64,000 nt of DNA from Candidatus Adlerbacteria bacterium GW2011_GWA1_54_10 (GTDB lineage: Bacteria > Patescibacteriota > Minisyncoccia > Phycocordibacterales > SBAW01). Positions within the stretch are counted from its first letter, which is position 1; the number at the start of each line of letters is the position of its first letter. A model generated the notes under the pieces. That model searched no databases, was not told where the DNA came from, and saw only the letters and a list, made by a program, of their open reading frames with translations. Below, piece by piece: positions 47,417 through 57,041 of the stretch. The DNA lies in contig LCRO01000003.1 in NCBI GenBank assembly GCA_001004665.1, positions 63,984 to 127,983 on the forward strand, in the 5' to 3' direction. Made by a program: the position numbers and the translations under genes.

Positions 47417-48994
47417 TTACATTTCTTCCGGCACGGGGATGCCGAGGGCATCGAGCCCCTCGTGTAAGGCGCGCTCGGCGGCTGTCGCAAGGAACACGCC
47501 CATTTGCGGATTCTCGCCGCCGATGACGCGCTCGCGCGCGTACCAACTATTAAAAACCCCCGCCAACTCCGTTAAATAAGTAGTAAGGTAATGCGGCTCC
47601 ATCTCGCGCGCCGCGCGCGCGAGCGCGTCGGGGTAGTGCACTAAAAGGCGCTCGAGTGGGCCGATAGGGGTCGGTTGGACTTGACCTAGCGGCCTGGAGC
47701 GCCATCTATCTTCGGCCTCCGTCCCGAAAGCAGCAATTCCGTGCTTAGCCGCTTCACGCAAAAGCGAGGCGGCGCGGACGCGCGCGTACTGCAGGTAGGG
47801 ACCCGAGTCGCCCTCGAGCGAGAGCGATTTTTCCGGATCAAAAATAATGTCCCTCCCACTGCCCTGTCGCAGAACTGCATATTTTATAGCGCCAACGGCT
47901 ACGTCCATTCTTCCGCGCGCGCGCTCCTTAAGCTCTTCGAGCAACGACTCACCCGTTATTACGTTGCCTTTGCGCGAGGACATCTTACCTTCCGCAAACC
48001 TCATCATCCCGTGCGAAACATGTCTGAATTGGCCCTTCCATTCCGGATGCACGCGCTCGAGCGCCTCGAGCACGACGCGGAAGTACGCATCCTGCTCGTT
48101 TGCCGTAACTGTTATAGACTGATCGAATTTCGCCTTTTCTTTTTTCATCTCCGCCAGCCCCAGATCCTTCGCTTCATACGTCGGGAGTCCCCATTTGGTC
48201 ACGAACACGCGCGTGTGCTCGCCGCGAAATACAACGGCTCCTTCGCTCTCCTCAAAAATCTCCGGATGTCTTTTAACAATCTCCAACCCGCGCCGACCCG
48301 TCTCGCTCTCGAAAAAGTAGTAATCAAATTTCGTTCCGAGTTTTTTATAAATCTCCTCAAAATGCTCGAGTGACTCCTTGCGCCCCGCGTCATACAGCGC
48401 ACTTATCTGCGGATCGCCTACCTCCGCAGGCGGGCTTATTTTGTAAATTTTTTTGTTAAGCTCGTCTATTTCGTCTTTATGTACTTCGTATTCCCGTGCA
48501 CCGTAGGCATAAGCCTCGCCCCAACCAAGATCCGGCTTTTGCAGTTTGCCCCAAATGGCTTTGGCCACATGGGGACCCACGTCGCCCTGATAGTTGGCGC
48601 GTATCACCCGAGCCCCGGACCTTTCGAGCAGTCGCGCTATTGCCTCGCCTATCGCATTACTCATCAAGTGCCCGATGTGAAACTCCTTGAAGGGATTGGG
48701 GTCGGTATACTCGACCATTATTTTTTTGCCGGTATGGAACGGCTCGATTTGCGTATCCTGGATTTTCTTTAAAATAGCCTCGCGCGAAAGAAAAAAGTTG
48801 ATGAACTTTCCTGCGGCTTCTATCCGCTCGACACCTTCTACCTTGAGTTTGTCCGCAAGCTTTCGAGCATCAGTTTTGGCAATCAGTGCGGCATTGGTCG
48901 AATAATCACCATGCGCCATCCGCGCGGGCCTCTCGACGGAAAACGGCATCTCAATTCCTGCCGCTTTAACAGCCTCCTCTATCCTTTTCCTCAT
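47417..48994 (-). CDS. argS: Arginyl-tRNA synthetase
   Basis: Start trimmed to MRKRIEEAVKAAG (526 aa); HIGH-like EFHIGH, MSSRKG (KMSKS-like), DALR anticodon-binding domain. Confidence 0.85.
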   Translation of the reverse strand: MRKRIEEAVKAAGIEMPFSVERPARMAHGDYSTNAALIAKTDARKLADKLKVEGVERIEAAGKFINFFLSREAILKKIQDTQIEPFHTGKKIMVEYTDPNPFKEFHIGHLMSNAIGEAIARLLERSGARVIRANYQGDVGPHVAKAIWGKLQKPDLGWGEAYAYGAREYEVHKDEIDELNKKIYKISPPAEVGDPQISALYDAGRKESLEHFEEIYKKLGTKFDYYFFESETGRRGLEIVKRHPEIFEESEGAVVFRGEHTRVFVTKWGLPTYEAKDLGLAEMKKEKAKFDQSITVTANEQDAYFRVVLEALERVHPEWKGQFRHVSHGMMRFAEGKMSSRKGNVITGESLLEELKERARGRMDVAVGAIKYAVLRQGSGRDIIFDPEKSLSLEGDSGPYLQYARVRAASLLREAAKHGIAAFGTEAEDRWRSRPLGQVQPTPIGPLERLLVHYPDALARAAREMEPHYLTTYLTELAGVFNSWYARERVIGGENPQMGVFLATAAERALHEGLDALGIPVPEEM

Positions 48995-49011
48995 TCCCAA
49001 AAGAGTAGCAT

Positions 49012-50088
49012 TTACAGTACTGTTTGAGAAAGCTCGGGCGCCACGTTTTCGACAACGGTAAAACCGGCGCGGCCGATGAGAGCGCCCTGCGCCGTCTCTA
49101 CATTGCAGCGCCACCGGCCGGGCTCGAGATTCGATTTGACCGAAAAACCGCGATATCCTTCCGCGCGGCCACCCGATATAGGGAAAGAGACCAGCGAGCG
49201 AGTATCCCATTTTGACCCCGTCATGTATTCCCAACGATGATAGATGGGGGTCATGAGGTCCGCTGGAGCGAACACGGACGAATAGCAAAAAGCGCTTTTC
49301 CCCTCCGCGAGAGTGTAAAAACCGCTCGTAGAGCGCCAAAATTCGGACCAGCGCGGCGCCTCATAAAGCGCCACATAGGCGCCGTCGGCGCGCCGCAGGA
49401 GCGAGTGATATATTCCGCTCTCCCTCAAAGACAGCGGGACCGGCGGAATGATATTGAGAAAATACAGCAGATTGAAGACGACAAAAACGGTCCCGACCAC
49501 GTACGCCGCCGAGGCGGAGCGCGTACTATTGCGGCGGAAAACGAAAAAGTGCATCAGCGCCAAAAATAATCCTATTATAGCCAGGCTCGCGAGTCCGGAG
49601 AGCAAAAAAGTTCCGATGCCTACGGTGTGCGTAAAGAATGTCGGAACCGCTATGATGCAATAGCTAAGGAGCAGGAAATAAAACACGGCGACATTGAAGC
49701 GTAGCTGCGCGTAACGCGTCTTGAGGAACTCGTTGCCGACGAGCATCGCCGCGAGCGCACCAAGGAAAAGCGCGCTCCCGGCGAGTGTGCCCGAGCGGCC
49801 GTAGAGCACAAGCAAATTCGACGCCAAACCGCCGAAGAACACCTGTAGTGCAAAAAGCAGGAAGAGCGGCTCCGCGGAGTGCTGCGCCTCCAGCCGCCGC
49901 ATTTCGCGGCGGTTAAGGATAATTATAAGAAACCCGGCGGCAAGGAGATAAAAAAGAAGGAGCAGGTTATTGGGGATCGAGTCGGGCCTGTCGGCGATGA
50001 CGATGTCGAGCAAAAAGCCGACGAGCAAGCCGGCCGCCGAAATATGCCGCTCGTATCTCCCCCACAGCGCTACCCACACATTGACCAT
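49012..50088 (-). CDS. Polytopic membrane protein with C-terminal soluble domain, unknown function
   Basis: 358 aa; 7-8 TM helices. Confidence 0.4.
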   Translation of the reverse strand: MVNVWVALWGRYERHISAAGLLVGFLLDIVIADRPDSIPNNLLLLFYLLAAGFLIIILNRREMRRLEAQHSAEPLFLLFALQVFFGGLASNLLVLYGRSGTLAGSALFLGALAAMLVGNEFLKTRYAQLRFNVAVFYFLLLSYCIIAVPTFFTHTVGIGTFLLSGLASLAIIGLFLALMHFFVFRRNSTRSASAAYVVGTVFVVFNLLYFLNIIPPVPLSLRESGIYHSLLRRADGAYVALYEAPRWSEFWRSTSGFYTLAEGKSAFCYSSVFAPADLMTPIYHRWEYMTGSKWDTRSLVSFPISGGRAEGYRGFSVKSNLEPGRWRCNVETAQGALIGRAGFTVVENVAPELSQTVL

Positions 50089-50142
50089 GCATGCATTGTA
50101 ACTAAAAAGAGTGAGGCCGCGCTACGCGCGGGCCGTTTACTT

Positions 50143-51405
50143 CTAAACAAACGAGTCGGGGATGGGGAATCGCGCACAGAGGTCTCTTATTTCCTGCCGC
50201 ACTGCCGCGAGCTTGTTCTGGTCGGCGCGATTCCGGAGCGCCTCGAGCATAAGCTCCGCGACCCTTCCCGATTCCTTCTCCATAAATCCGCGCGTCGTGA
50301 TGGCCGGCGTGCCAAAGCGAATACCCGAAGGGTCCATGGGTTTGCGCGTGTCGTCAGCTATCGCATTTTTGTTAAGCGTAATCCCGACCGAATCCAAAAT
50401 CTCCTCCGCTTCCCTGCCGGTAATGCCGAGGCTCCCGTAAACGTCGGCAAGTATCAGGTGATTGGAAGTGCCGCCGCCGAGCATGCGCACACCCGCATTC
50501 CGGAACACCTCTTCCATTGCCTTTGCATTCTTTAGGATCTGCAGGGCGTAAATTTCAAAAGACGGATGCAGAGCTTCGCCGAAGGAAACCGCCTTGGCGG
50601 CGATGACGTGCATGAGCGGCCCGCCCTGAAATCCGGGGAAAACGGCCTTGTCTATCTTTTTTGCCAACTCTTCGCTCTCTCGCGCAAGTATCATTCCTCC
50701 ACGCGGACCGCGCAGGGTCTTGTGAGTGGTTGTTGTCATGACGTCGAATCCAGAGTCGAACGGGTTCTTTGACGCCTTGCCCGCGATTAGTCCCGCGATG
50801 TGCGCTATATCTATCACGCTGTACGCACCCACTTCTTTTGCAATGGAGACGAACTTATCATAATCAAGCTCGCGACTGTATGCGGAGAATCCCGCCAGCA
50901 CGATCTTCGGCCTGTGCTCTTTGGCGACCGCGAGCATCTCATCGTAATCTATCTCGCCCGTATCGGGGTCCTTCATCTTATATCGCACGAAGTTGAAGAA
51001 TTTCGTGATGTATGTGACCGGATGCCCGTGAGTCAAGTGCCCTCCATGCGAGAGATCCATCCCGAGCACCGTATCGCCGGGCTCAAGGAGCGCGAAGTAC
51101 AGCGCGATGTTGGCGTTCGCCCCGCTGTGCGGTTGAACATTGGCAAAACGCGCGCCAAAAAGCCTTTTGGCGCGCTCGATCGCAAGAGATTCCGCCTCGT
51201 CGGTATAGGCCTGTCCCCCGTAATAGCGTCTACCGGGATAGCCCTCGGAATATTTGTTGGTCAAAATCGAGCTCTGCGCCTCGCGCACGGCTTTGCTTAC
51301 GTAATTCTCGGATGGTATCAATTCAAGCCCTTCCGCCTGTCGCCGCTCCTCGCCCGCGAGCGCAGCGAGCACCTCCTTGTCCTGTTTCCCGATAAAATCG
51401 TACAT
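50143..51405 (-). CDS. glyA: Serine hydroxymethyltransferase
   Basis: 420 aa; PLP-Lys motif TTTTHKTLRGPRGG. Confidence 0.95.
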   Translation of the reverse strand: MYDFIGKQDKEVLAALAGEERRQAEGLELIPSENYVSKAVREAQSSILTNKYSEGYPGRRYYGGQAYTDEAESLAIERAKRLFGARFANVQPHSGANANIALYFALLEPGDTVLGMDLSHGGHLTHGHPVTYITKFFNFVRYKMKDPDTGEIDYDEMLAVAKEHRPKIVLAGFSAYSRELDYDKFVSIAKEVGAYSVIDIAHIAGLIAGKASKNPFDSGFDVMTTTTHKTLRGPRGGMILARESEELAKKIDKAVFPGFQGGPLMHVIAAKAVSFGEALHPSFEIYALQILKNAKAMEEVFRNAGVRMLGGGTSNHLILADVYGSLGITGREAEEILDSVGITLNKNAIADDTRKPMDPSGIRFGTPAITTRGFMEKESGRVAELMLEALRNRADQNKLAAVRQEIRDLCARFPIPDSFV

Positions 51406-51574
51406 TGTTTATTATTATACTCCGGTCGTACCACACCAGACAGTCCATTGCCACCGCCCCATGGGTCTTGTACATAGGCGGTAGTAGGCCTTTGTCTATG
51501 CGCTTGATGGATACTTGCATCCCGTAATTCTACCCTAGAGGGACAAATTGGACACCCCGCAAGGAACCCGTATT

Positions 51575-52477
51575 ATGACAGAAACGATGAAACCATATAA
51601 AGAACGAACACCCGACTATCAGTACCACGATCTCCTGAAATACATCATGGAGAAAGGTCGCGACATGATGCCTATCCATGGCATCGGCGCACGCTCTATA
51701 GTAGGACACCAGATCCGCTACAAGTTGGAGAATGGCTTTCCGCTCATCACCGAGCGCGACTTGGCCAGGACCATGCCCGGTGCATTGGGGGAGCATGTCG
51801 GTTTTCTCAACGGAGCTCGCACGCTCGATGAACTCAAAAAATACGGCATGCCCGCAATTTTTTGGGACCGTTGGGTGACTAAGGAAAAATGCGCGGACTT
51901 TGGTCTGCCCGAGGGAGATCTAGGTCCAGGCTCGTATGGTGCGGCGTGGGGGTCTTTCCCCACTGCCGAAGGCCAGCCTTTCAACCAGATCGCGCATGTG
52001 GTGCGGCAGATCAAAGAGCGTCCGTTTTTGCGTACGCACTTTGTTTCGCCGTGGATCCCGCAGTATGCGATCCAGCACGAGGGATTAATCCGCAAAGTGG
52101 TCGTGGCTCCCTGCCACGGATGGATGCATATCTTCACCTATCCGGACACCAAGGAGGTGGTCATACATCACTTCCAGCGTTCTGCCGACGTACCAATCGG
52201 TGTGGTTTCGAACATCGTGCAGTATGCAGCCTTTGGTATGATGCTCGCACAGGTTATAGGCTACACCATGAAGGAGTTGGTGCATACATTTTCCGACGCG
52301 CATATTTACCACAACCAATTCGACTCGGTTAAGGAGCTGCTATCGCGCGAGCCGAGAGCCTTCCCCACCGTGACGCTTGATCCCTCGATAACCGACATAT
52401 TCGCGTTCCGGCCGCAACACTTCACTTTAGGCGACTACGAGCCGCACCCGAAGATGGCCATACCAACGGCTATCTAA
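51575..52477 (+). CDS. thyA: Thymidylate synthase ThyA
   Basis: Active-site APCHGWMHIF Cys motif, DAHIYHNQ; start could be 51548. Confidence 0.85.
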   Translation: MTETMKPYKERTPDYQYHDLLKYIMEKGRDMMPIHGIGARSIVGHQIRYKLENGFPLITERDLARTMPGALGEHVGFLNGARTLDELKKYGMPAIFWDRWVTKEKCADFGLPEGDLGPGSYGAAWGSFPTAEGQPFNQIAHVVRQIKERPFLRTHFVSPWIPQYAIQHEGLIRKVVVAPCHGWMHIFTYPDTKEVVIHHFQRSADVPIGVVSNIVQYAAFGMMLAQVIGYTMKELVHTFSDAHIYHNQFDSVKELLSREPRAFPTVTLDPSITDIFAFRPQHFTLGDYEPHPKMAIPTAI

Positions 52478-52478
52478 C

Positions 52479-52943
52479 ATGGCGCATATGGTAAATCTCT
52501 CTCACGCACGCACCCCATTCCAGCGGAATGTAATGAAACGCATTCAGCGGGATGGGGTGTGTCCTTTTTGCATAAGATATTTTTTGAAATATCATACTAA
52601 GCCAATCATAAAAAATGGAAAGTACTGGGTTATTACCGAAAATTTTCAACCCTATGCCGGCTCAAGATTGCATTTACTTGCCGTTTCAAAAAAACATGTT
52701 CAACGCCTTGAGGAACTGCCTTCTGCCGCACAAAACGAACTTTTTGCTCTTTTTTTTAGTGAATCAAAAAAGAAAAAGATCAAAGGAGGTGCTTTTTTTA
52801 TGCGTTTCGGCGATACCGATTATACAGGCGGCACGGTTGAGCATTTACATGCACAACTCGTCTCTGGTTCAAAACGAGCTAAAAACAAAGAACCGATTAT
52901 TACGTATCTGGGTTACGGAACTATGCGTCGGCGACGAAAATAA
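52479..52943 (+). CDS. HIT-superfamily-like protein (HxHxQ, GalT/Ap4A-phosphorylase branch)
   Basis: 154 aa; CPFC near N-terminus and EHLHAQLV near C-terminus. Confidence 0.4.
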   Translation: MAHMVNLSHARTPFQRNVMKRIQRDGVCPFCIRYFLKYHTKPIIKNGKYWVITENFQPYAGSRLHLLAVSKKHVQRLEELPSAAQNELFALFFSESKKKKIKGGAFFMRFGDTDYTGGTVEHLHAQLVSGSKRAKNKEPIITYLGYGTMRRRRK

Positions 52944-53769
52944 TCTCGACGTCGGCACTTTTTAATACGCCTTCGGAATCGAGATTCGAATATCCTTCCT
53001 TGTAAAAAACTTTTCTGATACCCGCGCGCGCGATAAGAAACGCGCAATTCATGCAGGGGAAGGTGCTAGTGTAAAGTAACGCGCCTGCCGTAGAAACACC
53101 TTCGCGCGCCGCCTGTGCAACAACTCCCGCCTCGGAATGCATTGCGATATATACGTCGGGCCGCTGTCCCCAATCGTAATTACTTCGAGGAGTGCCGAAA
53201 ATATCGAGTGCGTGGTCCGACGGAAAATGTTGCGTGTGAGCCGAAAGAAATATTTTGCCGTCTTTAACCAATACTGCACCAATCTGGCGCCACCAATCAG
53301 GACTTTTTTGACTTTCAACTACTGCCTTCCGCATGAATTCGCGGTCAAGCTCTTCTGTGGAAGTTACCCTGTCGGGCGAGACATCTTTTTGTACGTCGGG
53401 TCTGCGCCCGTCCCAACGCAAAAAAATATTTTCAAAAACAATGTCTTTACCAGTCAAATACTTCTCCGCAAAGTCGCGTGACACGTCCTCGTCCGGAAGT
53501 ATGACGGTCTCAAATTGAGGGGCGATTTCTGCGTCAGAAATTTCAAGCACCGTCGCAGTGAAGCCAAGCGAGGCGAGCGCCTGCACAATTTCTATAGGCG
53601 CAAGCGCGCGAAGATCGCGGTTAAGGCGCGGAAAAGCGTCAATAAAGCTTTTACCGAGCACAAAAATAGGTACCCTGGGGTGTTTATTGAAAAAAGCAAG
53701 ATAGCCGGCATGGAGCGCCGGCACGTAGGCAACCAGCGCCTTATTTACTGCGGAATTTGTCGAGGGCAT
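52921..53769 (-). CDS. dCMP/CMP deaminase-domain protein with ~150-aa N-terminal extension
   Basis: C-terminal HSEAG...PCMNCA zinc-binding deaminase motifs. Confidence 0.7.
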   Translation of the reverse strand: MPSTNSAVNKALVAYVPALHAGYLAFFNKHPRVPIFVLGKSFIDAFPRLNRDLRALAPIEIVQALASLGFTATVLEISDAEIAPQFETVILPDEDVSRDFAEKYLTGKDIVFENIFLRWDGRRPDVQKDVSPDRVTSTEELDREFMRKAVVESQKSPDWWRQIGAVLVKDGKIFLSAHTQHFPSDHALDIFGTPRSNYDWGQRPDVYIAMHSEAGVVAQAAREGVSTAGALLYTSTFPCMNCAFLIARAGIRKVFYKEGYSNLDSEGVLKSADVEIIFVADA

Positions 53770-54355
53770 TTTTTACGAGCTGCGGCACACCCTGTATGAT
53801 CTCCTTAGCCAACTGGTCTGCGCCGCTTATAGTCAAAAGGCGCACTCGTGCCGTGGTCGAGGTGACGGCTTGCGGCGGAAGCAATACTATTTTTTCACAA
53901 TACGGGCGGTACGGGGCCGCCTCTTTTTTGCCAAAATCTTTAGTCGATTCGGAAATTATAAGTACATGTGGACGCACGGTTTGTATGAGCGTCCCCATCC
54001 CGTGTTTTACTTCTCGCAAGGCGAGGATGCTTACCGAGCGCAAGTGCGCTAGCATCTGCAGACGCTCCGACTGCGGAACCACCGGGCGATTAGGGCCCTT
54101 GCGCATTCGAGTAAGCTCATCAGAGTCGACGCCAACTATCAAAATATCGCCATAGGATAGCGCACTCTCAAGATACCGCGCGTGGCCTTCGTGGAGCATG
54201 TCCCAAACGCCCTGAGTGAGCACGATGCGATAGCCTATGCGCTTAAGGTCACCGACCACACGTTTGAGCTCTTTGAGGTCGGGGATAAAACGATCCTGGA
54301 GATTGGAACCCTGGGCAAGAATGTTTTTGACGGCCACCTTTCTCCCCTTTTTCAT
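53741..54355 (-). CDS. Cytidylyltransferase-like nucleotidyltransferase (TagD/HldE-domain-II family)
   Basis: 204 aa; HxGH motif (WDMLHEGH), ...GDILIVGVDSDE..., RPVVPQSERL. Confidence 0.65.
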   Translation of the reverse strand: MKKGRKVAVKNILAQGSNLQDRFIPDLKELKRVVGDLKRIGYRIVLTQGVWDMLHEGHARYLESALSYGDILIVGVDSDELTRMRKGPNRPVVPQSERLQMLAHLRSVSILALREVKHGMGTLIQTVRPHVLIISESTKDFGKKEAAPYRPYCEKIVLLPPQAVTSTTARVRLLTISGADQLAKEIIQGVPQLVKNALDKFRSK

Positions 54356-54369
54356 GCTGGTATGAAATC

Positions 54370-54897
54370 ATGCATACTAACCATATGCAACCCCGTATAA
54401 GCGTCGTGGCCGCTCTCGGCAAGGACCGCGCCATCGGCAAGCAAAATCAACTGTTGTGGAATATCCCCGACGACCTCAAGCGCTTCAAGCATCTTACCTC
54501 GGGGCACCCCGTCATCATGGGTCGGCGAACGTACGAGTCAATTTTCGCGCTCCTCGGCAAGCCGCTTCCCGGCCGCACCAGTATCGTGCTGTGTTACCCG
54601 GACGAAGCCGGCGATATGAAATTCCGGTTCGAAAACGTGTTCCTGGTGCATTCTATAGAAAAAGCTCTCGCAAAAGCACGTTCTCTCGACGGCGAAGAAG
54701 TGTTTGTTGGCGGCGGAGCAATGCTATACGAGCAGATGCTCCCATATGCCGACCGCCTGTATTTGACGCTTATAGAAGACGAAAAGGATGGAGATGTATT
54801 TTTTCCGCCGTATGAAGACATATTCACAAAAACGGTGGCCGATGAACCGCACGAATTCAACGGCCTAAAATACCGTTTTGTTACGTTGGAGAAATAG
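54370..54897 (+). CDS. folA: Dihydrofolate reductase
   Basis: ISVVAALGKDRAIGK, LLW..P.D...F...T.G.PVIMGRRT; start may be 54385. Confidence 0.85.
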   Translation: MHTNHMQPRISVVAALGKDRAIGKQNQLLWNIPDDLKRFKHLTSGHPVIMGRRTYESIFALLGKPLPGRTSIVLCYPDEAGDMKFRFENVFLVHSIEKALAKARSLDGEEVFVGGGAMLYEQMLPYADRLYLTLIEDEKDGDVFFPPYEDIFTKTVADEPHEFNGLKYRFVTLEK

Positions 54898-55320
54898 TTA
54901 CTTAATATCCACGCCCATTGAGCGGGCGGAGCCCGCGACTATTTTTACAGCCTCTTCCATATTGTCGGTATTCAAATCTGGTATTTTCTTTTCTGCGATT
55001 TCCTTCACTTGCGCCTTGGTAAGCACGCCTATTTTAGAGAGGTTCGGCTTGCCGCTGCCCTTTTCCTTGCCGAGCGCCTTCAAAATAAGCGAGGACACGG
55101 GTGGAGTCTTAAGCATAAAATCATACGAGCGGTCCTCGTAAACCGATATGACCGCCGGAACGAGGTCCCCGCGCATGTCCTTGGACGCGTCATTGAATTT
55201 CTTCAGGAACTCGCCGATGTTGATGCCAGCCGGGCCAAGCACCTGCCCCATTGCGGGAGTCATCGTAGCCGCGCCGCCCTGCGCGATAATTTTTATCTTT
55301 TTGACTACTTTTTTTACCAT
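54898..55320 (-). CDS. rplK: 50S ribosomal protein L11
   Basis: 140 aa; PPVGPALG-like GQVLGPAGINIGEF. Confidence 0.95.
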   Translation of the reverse strand: MVKKVVKKIKIIAQGGAATMTPAMGQVLGPAGINIGEFLKKFNDASKDMRGDLVPAVISVYEDRSYDFMLKTPPVSSLILKALGKEKGSGKPNLSKIGVLTKAQVKEIAEKKIPDLNTDNMEEAVKIVAGSARSMGVDIK

Positions 55321-55417
55321 GTAATGTTATGGAGCAGAAACTTCTTGAGAAAATGTCTGGTTGAGTCCGAAGGACGACCCGAGGACTTTTCGAAGTAAGT
55401 TTCCGCGGAATGTTACC

Positions 55418-55969
55418 TTAAATTCTCTTGACCTGCAAGAAGTCCAGCTCTACGGGAGTCTCGCGACCGAACATGGGAACCAGGACTTTGACCTTTCCGC
55501 GGGCCTCGTCTACCTCGCCGACTTTGCCGTCGAGCTCCTTGAACGGGCCGTCGACAATAACGACCGCATCTCCCGGCGAAAGGTCTATGGCATGCTTGAC
55601 GGTGCCCTCGACGGCCTGCATGCGCCCGAGCAGGGTATCCACTTCCTCTTTTTTAAGAGGCACGGGATTAACTCCCGACCCCACGAATCCGGTCACTCGC
55701 GGCGTGTTGCGCACAACGTACCACGACTGATCGTCCACTATCATGTCCACGAGCACATAGCCGGGATATACCTTTTCCTCCTCCTCGACTCGCCTGCCGC
55801 CTTTTATCTTTATGGTCTTTTCCGTCGGGACTACGACCTGAAAGATCTTATCGGAGAGGCCCAGCGACTCGATGCGCTGGCGCAAATTGCGCGCCACGGC
55901 GTTCTCGTATCCGGCATAGGTGTGTATCGCATACCATGCCCTGCCCACTGATGTGTCTTGTTTTGCCAT
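55418..55969 (-). CDS. nusG: Transcription termination/antitermination factor NusG
   Basis: 183 aa; NGN domain (WYAIHTYAGYEN) + KOW (GDAVVIVDGPFKELDGKV). Confidence 0.9.
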   Translation of the reverse strand: MAKQDTSVGRAWYAIHTYAGYENAVARNLRQRIESLGLSDKIFQVVVPTEKTIKIKGGRRVEEEEKVYPGYVLVDMIVDDQSWYVVRNTPRVTGFVGSGVNPVPLKKEEVDTLLGRMQAVEGTVKHAIDLSPGDAVVIVDGPFKELDGKVGEVDEARGKVKVLVPMFGRETPVELDFLQVKRI

Positions 55970-55970
55970 G

Positions 55971-56141
55971 TTAGATAATTCTCTGCACTATCGCAGTAAA
56001 CAAGTAATCAAGAAGCCCTAAATAGAATGCGGTGATGAGCGATATGCCTATGACGACTACCGTGTAGGCTACCACCTGCCGGCGCGTAGGCCACGACACG
56101 TGCTTCATCTCAACTCGTACCTCTTTTAGATAATTAAACAT
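55971..56141 (-). CDS. secE: Preprotein translocase subunit SecE (56 aa)
   Basis: Hand-translated: MFNYLKEVRVEMKHVSWPTRRQVVAYTVVVIGISLITAFYLGLLDYLFTAIVQRII; single TM helix; stop 2 nt before nusG start. Confidence 0.7.
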   Translation of the reverse strand: MFNYLKEVRVEMKHVSWPTRRQVVAYTVVVIGISLITAFYLGLLDYLFTAIVQRII

Positions 56142-56151
56142 ATTTCTTAAG

Positions 56152-56172
56152 AAAAAAGGCCTGCGCGGCCTT
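56152..56172 (-). terminator. Intrinsic terminator (aaggcc-tgcgc-ggcctt + T6 on minus strand)
   Basis: Immediately 3' of the SIMPL-domain gene. Confidence 0.55.
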
Positions 56173-56211
56173 AATTCCTGGTATATTACAGCACCGGGTT
56201 TTTTTGGTCAA

Positions 56212-57012
56212 CTACTTTATCTCGTACGTGATAGAGACGTTGCTTGTTATCTTGTTCTCCCCTACGGAGATATCGGGCGCGGGCGTCACGGACGATTCCG
56301 CGCCGCCGCGGCCGTAAGCATCTTGCAATTTATATACAGGCTGACTGCCGCTCTCGCTGAAGGAGACCACTCGCACCAGCCGAACTCCGAGCTGTTTTGA
56401 CAGGACCTCGGCCTGCGCTTTGGCGTCGGCTATCGCTTTTTCCCGCGCCTGCGTTTGCCCCGCGTGCGGGTCGTCAAATGTAAACTGCAGACCCGACACT
56501 TCCGTGGCGCCCCGCGAGCCTGCGCCAGTCAAAAGGTCGCCAGCTTTCGCGGTGTCGCGAATTTTTACCGTAGTGCTTTGGCGCACTTCGTAGCCCTTGA
56601 GAACTTGCCTGCCGCCGGGGCACGGGTACGAGAGGCATTGAACTTGGCTGTACTCGTATTGCGGATACACCGAGTAATTGCTCGTTTGGATGTCCTTCTC
56701 TGCGATGCCCGAGTCCCTCAAATATTTAACTATCGCGTTTGATTTTTCTGCCGCGTCCTCCTGTGCCGCGGCAACGGTAAGTTTTAGGGCGACGACCGAA
56801 TAGGTAAATGTGGCGATGTCGGGCGTGGCAAATGTTTCTCCGTACCCTGTAACGTCTATGGTGTTCGCCGGCGGAAGCCCCGCGCCTATGTAGCGCAGTC
56901 CCTGGAGCTCCGCCAAGGCCTTAAGACCGACGAACACCGCCAATAAAACGACGGTAACCACAACGCCCCTGCGAAACCAATCGCCCCACACGCCCTCGAA
57001 AAGTTTGTCCAT
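56212..57012 (-). CDS. SIMPL-domain (DUF541, 26 kDa periplasmic immunogenic protein family) protein
   Basis: 266 aa; N-terminal TM helix; conserved SIMPL-like core. Confidence 0.65.
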   Translation of the reverse strand: MDKLFEGVWGDWFRRGVVVTVVLLAVFVGLKALAELQGLRYIGAGLPPANTIDVTGYGETFATPDIATFTYSVVALKLTVAAAQEDAAEKSNAIVKYLRDSGIAEKDIQTSNYSVYPQYEYSQVQCLSYPCPGGRQVLKGYEVRQSTTVKIRDTAKAGDLLTGAGSRGATEVSGLQFTFDDPHAGQTQAREKAIADAKAQAEVLSKQLGVRLVRVVSFSESGSQPVYKLQDAYGRGGAESSVTPAPDISVGENKITSNVSITYEIK

Positions 57013-57041
57013 ATAAAAAAATTATTAACTTCTTAACTTGG

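Noticed and set aside
47417-49339. N-terminal 115-aa extension of the argS ORF (start at 49339)
   Set aside because: The extension is Arg/Gly-rich, overlaps the downstream-oriented neighbour 49012-50088 and lacks ArgRS N-domain similarity. The conserved protein begins at MRKRIEEAVKAAG (48994).
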